The notes beneath the pieces were generated by a model. It saw only the letters and a list, made by a program, of their open reading frames with translations, searched no databases and had not been told where the DNA came from. Shown here one piece after another: positions 52,387 to 64,000 of a DNA stretch of 64,000 bases. Made by a program: the position numbers and the translations under genes. Position 1 is the stretch's first letter; each line of letters opens with the position of its first letter. This DNA comes from a virus (taxonomy: Duplodnaviria; Heunggongvirae; Uroviricota; Caudoviricetes), in IMG/VR virus record IMGVR_UViG_3300037454_000603, positions 79,646 through 143,645 of that record. One strand, written 5' to 3'.

Positions 52387-52826
52387 ATATCAAAGCCTCC
52401 CCTATCTTTATTTAAAGCTTTAAACTATTCTTCTAAAGTATTAATTTTAGTATTACAGGTCTCAACCTGCGCCGCGAGAGCTTTAAAAGGCTCATCCTCC
52501 ACCGATGGTGCCGCGGCACAAGACTCTTGAGCTTTCTACTCGCTATTTGTAAAAGGAAGAATTTTATATGGATAAAATAAGGGATTTCCATTCTACATTG
52601 TTTTAATATACATCACATTTTCTGGTAGACATAGCGCCACCGAAATTCCTGCTCCAACAGGTACATTCGCAACTTCAAGAGTTGAGTTAATATTATAAAC
52701 GTTTCCTGAAGGTTGAGGAAATAGTGGCTAAACATTTTGATTTAAAATTTGTGGGTTAAATTGCTAAACCTATGAGGGCTAAGGTTGCGGCATATTAACC
52801 TAATTAGCATTATATCCAATTGGCAT
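52383..52826 (-). CDS. cassette gene 1: Q/P/N-rich N-terminus plus globular and coiled-coil parts (147 aa; 8 TAG)
   Basis: GAGGTG RBS; MPIGYNANQVNMPQPQPSQVQQFNPQ...MYIKTMQNGNP; absent from the code-11 track. Confidence 0.7.
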
Positions 52827-52924
52827 TTATTTCACCTCTTTATTTGTTCTACTTTAAAGTAGCAAAGTATTAATATAATAAAAATAATGAAAAAAGAAAA
52901 GAAAAATTTTCTCTTTTTAAAACA

Positions 52925-52956
52925 AAAAGAAGGACGTCACAAGACGTCCTTCTTTC
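52925..52956 (-). terminator. rho-independent terminator ending the tail operon
   Basis: AAAGAAGGACGTC-ACAA-GACGTCCTTCTTT stem, T tract on the minus strand. Confidence 0.75.
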
Positions 52957-53331
52957 TTATTTTATACAAAAATAAAATTCTTCAAGTTCACTTAATGTTA
53001 AATCCAAAGACGTTAATTCGTCTAAAGAAAAATAAATGTCGGGCAAAGTAATCTCTAAATCGTTAATAGATTTCAAATATTGATTACATTCTTCAAGGGA
53101 TTCTGCTTTAATTTTTACTCCACCATCTTCTGAATAAATAAAGTTACCATTGCTATCTGTTTCAAAAAACTAAGATAAAGATTCTAGCTGCTCATTTAAT
53201 ATTTCTATTTCTGGCTATAAAGCTTTTTTTAATTTAATTAGTTTATACTAGGTCTAAATGTCAAAATTTTTATTTGAATTTCGTTCAATTACCGCTAATA
53301 AATCTTTTATTTTACCTCTCTGTATTAGCAT
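52957..53331 (-). CDS. hypothetical tail-associated protein (124 aa; 4 TAG)
   Basis: ATG 53331 just after the stop of the large tail gene; open to TAA 52957. Confidence 0.6.
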
Positions 53332-53332
53332 A

Positions 53333-56300
53333 TTATACCCCCGATTCATCCGTCATATTATCTTCCAAAATATACCATTCTGAACCAAAACGACCTAAAA
53401 AGTCATTTAATCTTAAAAGCAAGGTCTTTAAATTATCATTGCCGCTAGGCCATAATGTATTTAATTCATTGGATAAACTGTTCTAATTTACGTGCCAATT
53501 ATCTAACTAAGTACAGTTTAAGTTATGTTTGTGATTTAAATTTCTAATTTCAGATTCTGTTTGTGAAGAAGCATCAGATACATAGTCTATTAAAGACCTT
53601 CCATCAGTATGACGAACATGTTCAAAATCTATTTGTAAAACCCTATTTACATAACTTAAACCAGCATTTGCAACTTTGTCTTTGTCATCTCCAGAAGGTG
53701 GTGTGTACGTACCTCCAAGATATAAATCTCCATTTTTATGGACAGTAAGAATATTATCGTAACCATTATTTGCTTTTTGAACGGAGATAGAAAAAACTCT
53801 ATTATAGCCTTCAGAGTTTGTATTATTTAAATAAATCTAACAATGACCCTCACTTTTCTATTCAGAGTCTCCTGAAGTTTGTTTTGTTCCGTAATAACTA
53901 TTATTTATTTCGTAAATATAAATTGATTTTATACGATGATTTGGCTCCTCACAATAACGTTTTTTACTTGACACACTTTCATTAGAATAATAATCGCTTC
54001 CTTGACCACTGACTGCATAAATAGTTTCAGTTTTTTGAGTTACTAAATAATAATTATTGCCTACCTTACCTTTTCTTACTCCACTTTCAGTAAAGAAATA
54101 AACAGCACCATACATCATATGGTCAAAATCTGTAGTTGTAAAATAAACATCTTGTGGGGAAGACGGTAATGATGGAGTATTGTAATATTCTATTTTCTTC
54201 AACTCATAATAAGTTAGTTGATATGGAAATAATTGATTTGAATATTTATATTCATATGTTGTGTCATCCCATTCACCACTAACTCCTGAAACGTGGATTT
54301 CTCCTGTTAAATTTAATCTCGCACTTTCTTCGTTACTTGCACTCTTAGTGGTAGAAAAAATTGCTTTACCATTATTATCATACAAATAGAAACCTACTTC
54401 CTCTCCCTAGTTATCTCCATTTAATGCATATCCTGCACGAAGTCTAACTTTTCCATCTTCAACAACGGACAAGCCCAATCTGTTATATAAGACATAATCA
54501 GAACGAGAACCACTACTTGAAGGATCTCTATATGCATAGATGCCATCTTTATCCCAAGCAAAATAAATATAACTACTATCAGCTATTCTTATTTTTCCTG
54601 CATCGAGCGTACCTACTTTAATGTAATCAGCATTAATGCCGTTTGGTCCAACACCTACATTCCAATGTGCGCCGCCATCATTAGAGAAAAATAAGCCCTA
54701 ACCATTTAATTTATATTTGTTAGCATGATTATTTATATCGCTACCAGACGTTCCAGTATTGTCAACTTTAATGTTATTTTCATCAGTATTTAATAAAGTT
54801 AAATCATTAGCGTCTAAAGTACCCTATAAGCTATCTTTTTCTACATTATGTAAGGAAGTAAAATTAGATGAGCGTTTATAAATATTTTCATTGTAGGTTA
54901 ATGACTAAACTGCCGCGGTAACTTGCTAGAACAAATCTTCAAACTGGGTCGTAAAATCTTGAACTTTAATTGCATTTTTAGAAGGCTCATCTAAGTCATA
55001 TTCTATTTCAGAAATTATAACTTTAAGCTTATTAGGAAGTCCCGTTCTTTTATTAATACCAAACATTCCTATATCTTCAATATAAGTAGTATCTGCAATA
55101 TTAAAAGTATAATCATCTTTATATTCTGATAAAGCGGCTAAATCTACTACAGAAATATTATAAGAGACTTTTGGAATTGCCCCTTCGGCGGCAACGTCTA
55201 AAGCTCCAAAATAATAAGCATTATCACTAATAAAATTACTATCAGACCAAGTTCCTTCTTTAAGATACGGCTCATATTTTTTAAAGAAAGCTGAAGAGAT
55301 ATTATTGATTTCTTTAAGGTAACTCGCTCTTTCTTTTTTCCATCTCTAGATTTGTTTAAATTCGGTATTAAACTAGCCTAAAATACCTTCCGTATAAGAA
55401 TGGCCATCTACCCATTTTTCTTTTAAATAAAGATAATTATCCTAAATTAATTCAAACCATTTCATAGGATTATTTTTAACACTATTTATTTCCTATTCAG
55501 TATAACCAGTATAATCACTATAATATAATTCAAATTGTTCTGCCGCAGTACCATTTGTAAAAAAAGTATCCTCTATCAGCTATTTTAAAATACCTCTCTA
55601 TTCACTTAATTTAATTTTCTAATTTTGATAAGCTTTGTTATTATCCAAATCTTCTGTTACTCCTCTATAATTATTCATTCTTTTAAGAATTTTTTGAATT
55701 TGCTATAAAGAAGTATCAATACCTTCTAAGTTAACAGTTAAATTTGCCTGAAGTTCATTATAAGAAGCATCTTGTAAATTAATTATTTTATTACTGATTT
55801 CATCATACTAAGTATTATAATAGCCTAACTATTTTAAGTAGCCTTGCGGAATATTGTTATTATTCTAATTAGTAATTCCCCATAAATCTTCTTCAACTTC
55901 TCTTTCATTTAAAATTCCTTTTTTAAGGTAATAAGAAAAATCTATAATAAAGCTATCTTTAGTAGGATTATCTTCCGCCGTTTTAATAGAACATAAACCA
56001 GTCTTAGATATTTCACTATCAACATCGTTCACATATAACTTAGTAACTATTTTATCACTATCTATATTTCTGCTGATATTAGATAAGTTTTTCTCATATC
56101 TAAAACCGAGTTTATTTTCCATTCCTTTTTCAGTCATGAAGAATAACTCTTTTTTTGGAATTCCGTTTTCTGTTAAAACTATTCCATTATCTAAATGAGT
56201 AATATTAAAAATAGGATAGCATTCAAATACTTTGCTAATTTCCTAAACTAAATTAAATCTATTAGATTTTTCTCCTTTTAGTGTTCTTACTTTACGACAA

Positions 56301-58933
56301 TGTTTTTCTGGCGTAAAACGATAAGGACAATAACCAAATTTTTGATAATAGCAAGTATGAGAAGAATTTCCATAAGAACAATCACAAGTTTTATAGTCCA
56401 TTTGAGGATGATAATACTCGCATTGATTTAGGTCGATATAATTAGTTTGAATCTTATAATCTTCTTCAGTGTATTTTGCAGCATCTTGAGGCAAACCATT
56501 GAGATTAATGTCTTTTGTATCTAGATATGCTTTAGCACCCATTGTATCATAATAAGTAATTTTTTCTTCGTCATCTGTAAATTCTGTAAACTAAGCTCTT
56601 TGAATGAAATATTTTTGATAAGAATAAGTCGCCCCTGGCATAACGTCGTCTTCAAAGAGAATAAGTTTTCTTACTATATCTTTAATTGAATAAGATGGAG
56701 GTGGGTCTTTTCTTTCTATAATAGTATAAGAATAATTAGTCTAATTCTACCATGTGCCGTTAGTCCATCTTTCATTTTCTTTATCCCAAACTTCTTTTCC
56801 AAATAGTGTTCTACCGCTGTAACGATAAATTTCAGCTTCTTTAAATTGATCTCTTCCTTTGGTAAAAGCTTCAAAAAGATAAGCTTCTTTAATTAAGCAA
56901 TCACAATTATTTTCTAACTCAAAAGAAATATAAGGATTTTTAATATTAATGTTAGATTTAAATAAAATATAAAAATATTTAGTTGGGAATTCAGGCACTC
57001 GAACTAATTCATACTACGGGTCTCTAAGGTGCTCCCAATCTCCTGCACTATAGAAATCTCTTGTTTCAAAAGCTATATTATTATCATCTTCAATAATATA
57101 GTTACCTTTATCATCTAAAGTGCCTTTTCCTATTTTTATATTTATACTCGTAGAAGAGGACGTAGCTGCCTTTATACCAAAACAATATATTTTTCCTTTT
57201 TCAATCTCTTTTTCTTGTCCTATTAAGCCAAAATTAATAAAGGTTCTATATTTATCTTCATAATAATATCCAGCCTGTCCGCTATTGTAGTATAAATAGC
57301 TATTATTAACGATTTTAATATTTGGGTCAGTTCCATTTAAGTAATCATATCGAATATCCAAAGAAGGTACAATATTTTCTCCCGATTCTTCAGAAGACAT
57401 CATTTCCCAACCATCTGTTGTTTTTATATCAGTTCCATTCTAAATATAATTTCTTGCCAATTGTGGAACTATCTATCTAGTATCTGTTTTAGAGCAAACG
57501 TAATAATTATTATCATAGAAAGAATAAGTCCAGTCTTCAGAATTTAAAAATAAGTCTTCGAATTCATCAGGCTCTTCTTTATAAACTGTTACATACTAAT
57601 CTATCTCTGGACTAATATTTAGTTCCGTTCTATTACTTATTGATATCTTTTTACCTTTTATAATATTATTATCTTTAATATCGTTAAGATAACCATTATA
57701 ATAGACTATTTTATTACCGAGTGCTTCTTTATAAGTTCCAATAATCTAATTACTACCTTCATCCTTAATATAACGATAAGTATGACTCATAGTAGCATTA
57801 GCTAAGTCAGAAGCTCCAAGAACTTCAGCGTCTACCAATCTGGTATCCTCAAAATAATACCAATAATTAGCTACAATTGCCTTATTCCATTCTTGAAGAG
57901 GTAAAAAATAAGTATAGTCTTTGCTTACTATAACTCCAGCTTCATCTATTTCAATTTTTTCTTTATCTGGAATTACCAAAAACTAAATTAAAGTTCGAGG
58001 ATCAACAGAAGATGGAGACAAGGCCAAAGAATTAATGCCGCTTGCGGGATATTTTTGGGCAGTTTCCGTCGCCGCCCTATCATAACTGACACGAACATCT
58101 TCATCTGGCTCCTCAGATCCATAACAGAAATTTAAGCAAGAATAAGGTACATAAATATATCCATCGTTAGGAATATTTTTTACAAAATCTCTTTGAATAT
58201 TATTTAAAGAGTTACCCTTTCTCTAGTCCCAAAAGTACTTTTCACGAGCTAAATCATCACCCATTTCAACTAAACGACTTTCATTAGTAAAAGCATTTAC
58301 AATACTTGAATTTCCTTCATCTTCTAGCAACTCTAAATCATAATGCAACTTATAAGCATTTATTGTGCCGCCGAAGCAACTTATTGGAATTCGATAAAGT
58401 TTTTCCTCTAAGACTTCTGTAAAATCGCCCCAGTTATAAACGTTATTATAATGCCATAAACTATCTTCTAAAACTTCTTCTGAAAAAGTTCCAATTTCTT
58501 CTACATTATTATATAAATCTTCGTGAAAGGTTATGCCATATCCATTTCTTGAAAGTTCATCAATGAAAGCATCTGTACAAGTATATGTTTTCATATAACT
58601 TTTGTGCTTTTTATTTTCAGAAACTTTTTTAATAAAAAATTCATACCATTGGTTATCAAACTTAAGCTTAATTTTTCTTTCTGCAAAAAGTTCATCAATA
58701 AAGGAATTTCTAACATATTCTCCTTTTTCACTATCAAAAAATCTATCAGGCATTTGGAAAGTTAATACCTAAGTTCCATTAATTTTTTTAACTAATTTTA
58801 ATGCAGTTGCGCGCCCAGGATAAGACATATCATGGGCGCCTATTATATATAATTTAGTTTCAATTTTATTACCACTATTACCTAGTTCTTCTTTCCAAAT
58901 ACTCAATTCATACTCTTTTTTCTGAATTGCCAT
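53333..58933 (-). CDS. large tail/baseplate hub (Tal/host-specificity-like) protein, 1866 aa (about 30 TAG)
   Basis: Six track ORFs share one frame with only TAG between them (5601 nt); GAGGTG RBS; central coiled coil, PKVSYNISVVD, GINADYIKVGTLDAGKI; follows Dit and TMP. Confidence 0.8.
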
Positions 58934-58945
58934 TATCTCACCTCA

Positions 58946-61309
58946 TTAATAAAACTAAGGTATGTATTCTATGGTAGCTTCATTAAATAAATCTGCATAC
59001 CCCCAATATAACGGTGGATAGTTATCCCAGATATAATTGTTCGCATTCCACCACCAAGAATCAATATCAGAATCTATTTGTCCATCTTCGGTAGAATTAT
59101 AAATTCTCCAATAATCAGCTAAAATCTTTAAAAAGCCATATTCATCTCGCTGCCATTTTGAAATGAAAGTTTCTGCTTCAAATCCTCGACTGTCTAAAGT
59201 ATATTCTACGTATCCAATATTCCATTTTCTAAATTCCAATTTTTCATCAACTTTATCAAGGTCCGTAGTACCATTTTTAATATTTTCAATGTCTGTTAAA
59301 TTGGTTACTTTTCCTCTTTCATATAAATATCGAGCGGCGGCAAGACGATATACTTTTTCAAATAATGCCCTATCTTCTTGTCCACTCTGTCCCCAAATAA
59401 AAGGCTTTCTACCATCTATCCAACGTTTACCTCCCCATATATCTTCTGTAACGACAGGGCTTATGTCTATTAAAGACCATCCAGGAGGCAACTTAAACCA
59501 GTGTCCTTTTTCTATATTTTCATTAAAAAGTAATTTTGTAGTACTGTCATCATACTCAGCATTTTCCTCATTTCTACCTACTGCTGTAATTATATTATAT
59601 AACATTCTGCGCTCAGAGTCAAGTGTTAAAGTAGGCTAATTTATTCCACTTGTAGTAATTTTATCAAAATTATTATTATTTATATCCAAATAATCATATG
59701 TCATGTATTGAGGAATGTGGACATTATTGAACTAAAACTCTCCATAATTGCCTGTAATATCTCTTAAATATTCTAATGGATTATAGATATAATCATAGAA
59801 CAAATTGGCATAGCTATCTGAATACTAAGAAAAAATACATTGCTTTAATGTTTCCCAATAAAGTTTATATCTTTCGTCATCATTAATACAAGCATTGTAT
59901 AATTCTTTATAACGCTTTGCAATCGCTAATCCTTTTTTATACATTCTACCTTTAGTAGAATTTCCCTATTCATCATATTGACCATAAGATTGCCAATAGA
60001 ATATTTTAATAAAATCAGAAAGTCTATCACTTGGAATAGGTTCTACAATATAGGCATGATTAGGGTGAGACATTTTGAGCTCTTTTGTTACTATATCTAT
60101 TGTATTGTTTTCTTCCTGTTTTTGGAGTATAGTAAAATATTTCGCTCCATATTTATAAAGAGTATCATCTGCATTATTATAAGTCTTTAATCCTGTCCAA
60201 TCCACCGCCTAATCCAAAGTAAGTCTTTGGACATTGTAACGACTAATTCTAAATTTAAGAAAATCTGGATTTTCTACATCTAAAACTCCTCTCATGTTTT
60301 TATAATCAAAATTTTTCAAATGGAGTTTAAAATCAACTGGCACATCGCCAGGGTTATAGACTAATAATCTACTTCCAATTAGACTATTTTGTTTATTAAG
60401 ACCCATTTCCATATTATAATAATTTGTTTTACTATATTGTGGTAAATAAATTAATTCTTGGTCATAGTCTAACGTAGGAGTAGTTAACAACTTTGCCGTT
60501 CCTTCCCACTCAGGTATATTATTCCAATATCCTCTTACATCAATAATTGTTTTTTCTTCTCCGTCTTTTTTAAAAAACAATTCTCCCTTCTAAACCTATT
60601 CAATGGTAGGATAACCGCCATTCCACCCAGAATTCATGTTAGGATATTTTTCTTGCGGGTCTAATAATTCACTAGAGCCACCATTACATTCATCCTCGTG
60701 AAGAAAACTCTCCCAATTGTAATGGTCTTTAATTAGCCCTGTTAACATTTTTCTTGGTGCCGCGGCATGGTAAGGTTCATAATCTATTGAATTAGTGTCC
60801 AAAGAACCATGTTCTATAATCTACTAAGGAGTCATACAGGTATAATAATCCGCAGCCCTAACTATATATTTATTAAAACAATAAGCTAAAGGATGATAGC
60901 AAATAAAACTTAAACTTCCTTCGCCTTTATAAATTCTCTAATTGGTATCTCTATCGTGAAAGCAAACAAATTTAAATTCTGGAGCAGATTTAACCTTTGC
61001 ACGATAAGTTTTATATGGATTTTCATCAAAAACTAAGTCCTGAAGTTTATCAGTTGAAAAAACCTGAGAAATTGTTCTCCAAAGTTCTTCGCTTATATTA
61101 TCAAAAGCAATATTTACTTTAAACTCTCTAGGCTTAAAAGTCGAGCCAAAGTAATATTGTCCATCTCCGCCAGGAACATCCACCGTTACATCGGCAGGAG
61201 TTGGCAGTAGGTTTTTTTGATACCTACTGCTCGAACTAACTACCTCTAGGTGGAGGTCCTAGGTATGAATATTACCAAAGCGAAAACCACGGAAATCTTT
61301 CATACCCAT
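58946..61309 (-). CDS. distal tail protein (Dit-like) with large insertions, 787 aa (TAG=Gln)
   Basis: FRGFRFGNIH...VDVPGGDGQYYFGSTFKPREFKVNIAFD...LVFDENPYKTY...F.CYHP; five track ORFs in one frame; directly after TMP. Confidence 0.78.
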
Positions 61310-61325
61310 TCTACCTCCATTTTAA

Positions 61326-64000
61326 TTAAGTATTCAAAATTACATTTGAGCCAGCATAGGAAGCCGCATCTACAATGTCTTGTTTAATTCTTTCTATTGC
61401 AGAATCAACATCATAATCATCAGCAATATTTTCTACATTAACAGTGACATTAATTGTAGTATCATTGCGATTTGTATTATTTATTGTTGGACTCTAAGAA
61501 TAAGTAGTAAAGTCTAACAAATCTCTTAAAGAAGCCAGAACGTCTGTCATCGCTGCAATATTTTCTGTGTCATTGGCTGATAAGAAAGCCTCTGGACGTG
61601 TAGGACTACCGTCTACCCAAGCAGGACCTGTATAATTAACTAAGCCGCCTGTGGCAAACTTTTTAAAAATTCCGCCTGTATGGTCTACAGTCTAATCAAT
61701 AATATTCCTATTATTATTAAGCCATAATACATCATCGTTATAATAACCATGATAACCATATTCTTTAAGTTTCTTAATAACTTCTTTATGATCTATATCA
61801 TAAATTTCTGAAGGCACTGCAGTATTAACACCATTTCCACCTGGATTTGGATGAATTTTAAACCATTCTTCAAGTTTTTTCTCAATAGTTTTTTCTAAAT
61901 TACTTTTTCCCTTTTCTTCTTCATATGAAGCTAAATCTTTAATTTTTGTATCATCAGCATTTTGAGATTTCCAATATCCATCTGTTAGACCTGGCCATGA
62001 AAAATTACTATCATTATTTCCGCCACCATTGCCTCCATTATCACCATCATCATCTTTTATTATTTCTTTGAGGTCTGAAATCTATGCTGCAAGTTTTCCA
62101 TAAGCACTTGCTAATTCGTTAACCTTTTTACCCTCTTCTTCAATAGCATCATTGTAAGCTTTTTGCTTTTCAGCTAGAGCTTCCATAGCATCAACCAAAG
62201 CATCTTTAGCTTTTGTAATTGCATCATCAACCTTAGCTGAAATTTCATCCAATGATCTCTAAGACTCACTGACTAAAGCTTCACTCGTATCAGAAATAAC
62301 TCTTTGAACTTCCTCTTCGGTAACAGCCAAACTATCAATAATCTATTGTTCTTGTTCCTCCATGTACTCCTAATGTTTCTAGAACATTTCGGTAAGTTCC
62401 ATCTCTTCAAGTTCAATTTGCTATGCTGTTTTATCTTTCCAGTCATCGCTATTTTGCTTCATCCAATTGATAAAATCTTCTGCAGAGCCAAGTCCAAGAA
62501 CAATTTTATTTGCTTCTGCAATCCAATTAGTATTATCTTTTAAGGCTTCTTGATATTCTATTTCATCTTGTCTAGTTTCATCTTGTAACTCATATAATTC
62601 TTTTAAATTATTAATAATATTATCAATAGATTCATCAAGTAATGACTACTCATCTTTTTGAATTTCTTTTTCAAGCTTCTAATTTGAAACTGCATTCGCG
62701 CCAGAAGTATCTCTCTACTACAAAGAAAGCTTTTTACGTTTCTAAGCTAAATCTTCCCACTTATTTTCTTGTTCTCTTAATTTTCTTTGTTTATCAATAC
62801 TAGCTTGTAATGCCTTTAAATAATCATCATCAGCATCCTTCATAGCATCGTATTTATCTTTTAAATCTTCAACCTATTCTTCGTATTTTTCTTTTAAGAC
62901 TTCAGCAATTTTTTCTTGAATAGAAACTTCTGCTTGGAGATTAGCTTTATGAATTTCTTGTCTTTCCTTTAATAGTTTTCTAATAGCATCATTATTCTTT
63001 GAAATATTATCTGTATTAGTATTATAACTTTCAGTTAATGTAGCTATTTCATTTTTAATTTCATCAGGTAATGCTGCACGATTAAGAGCTTCAATATCAG
63101 CAGTAAGAACACCATCAATTATTTTAAAATACTGTCTTACATTAGTATCATAGTTTGCTCCAAATTTAGAATTTAAATCCTTTAATTTCTAAGGTAATCC
63201 TTCATAAAGCGCTGATAAATCATTCTGCGCCGCGGAACCATAAACTTCATTTTGAGCTAAATAATTTAATAATTGATTTCTACTATTTTCTAAATAACTC
63301 TATAATGCGCTCTTAGTGTCTTCACCAATATTAGGATTGTCTAAAATATCCTTGGCACGGGCGGCAGCATCAGCATATCTTTGATTTAAAGTTGAATAGT
63401 TATACATTGGGTCGAGCTAATTCTTAAAATTATCAGACCCATACATAGTCTCATTTAATTCATTCTATTTATCAATAACATTCTATTGCGCTTTAGCTAT
63501 ATCCTTTAAAGCATCGGCAACTTTTTTATGAGCTTCTTCAACATCTTTCTAAGCTTTTACAATTTCATTATCTTCAAGAGCCTATTTTTCTATTTCAGCA
63601 TTAGCTTCGCTTAAACTCCAACGTAAAAGTTTTAACTATAATAAGCTCTCTTTCTAAGCTTTATCTAAGTCTTTAAGATTTTCTAATTCCTTAATCTATG
63701 AATCTAAGAAAGTCTAATAATAATCCTATTTAAAAGATGAATCCTCATTAAAGAATTCTCCCAGTTTAACTGTTGGATCTATAGCTAACATTGATTCTGC
63801 CCAAGAAGAGAATGATGATGAATCTATCACTCCATTAGAGTAGAAATTGGTCATCATAGTCTTATAAGCAGAAATAGAAGCACTTATTTTACCAGCTCGT
63901 TTAGTAAGAATAGTATCTATACTTTGCTCTAAGCCAAGAATAGAACGTATAACCCCTTCTTCTTGTCTTAATTTCTTTAATTCTTCTTCAAGGTCTTTAA
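61326..64000 (-). CDS. tape measure protein, C-terminal part (starts beyond the window; many TAG)
   Basis: long Ala/Glu/Lys/Gln helical ORF with TAG=Q; C-terminal FATGGLVNYTGPAWVDGS...PEAFL; TAA at 61326. Confidence 0.85.

Noticed and set aside
53333-64000. Tail region as a decayed prophage full of nonsense mutations
   Set aside because: All interruptions are TAG, with no frameshifts or internal TAA/TGA across thousands of codons; recoding explains this and decay does not
1-64000. TGA recoding (code 4/25)
   Set aside because: TGA ends many genes at ATGA/TGATG overlaps (37037-37040, 38095-38098, 50844, 52383), and Trp is encoded by TGG

Overview
AT-rich (about 30% GC by eye) segment of a large tailed dsDNA phage, probably of a gut or rumen Clostridia host; a dockerin on one lysin points to cellulolytic Ruminococcus. 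The key to the window is that TAG reads as a sense codon (Gln, genetic code 15). The fragmented ORF track joins into long, intact genes that end only at TAA/TGA, and TAG sits at conserved Gln positions, including positions aligned with CAA in paralogs inside the window. Layout: 1-10.1 kb (-) lysis, tail-fibre and adhesin genes plus an HPr-like gene; 10.2-13.3 kb (+) intein-containing kinase and methylase-like gene; 13.3-14.5 kb Rep-like gene and iteron-type origin candidate; 14.6-49.9 kb (+) replication and nucleotide metabolism (RNase H, ligase, NrdH/D/G, TrxB, GyrB/A, SSB, Sak4-like ATPase, PhoH, DnaB, primase, RecJ, DnaE, ClpP, dUTPase, RuvC) with several homing endonucleases; 50-52.8 kb (-) an uncharacterised six-gene N/Q-rich cassette; 53-64 kb (-) tail module (large tail protein, Dit, partial tape measure). 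The most notable items are the CHAP-dockerin lysin, a strongly over-represented GC palindrome (GCCGCGGC), the six-gene cassette, the His-less HPr mimic, a shared N-terminal tag on three virion-accessory genes, and the uneven TAG usage across genes. All annotations come from manual reading and motif recognition; no database searches were run.
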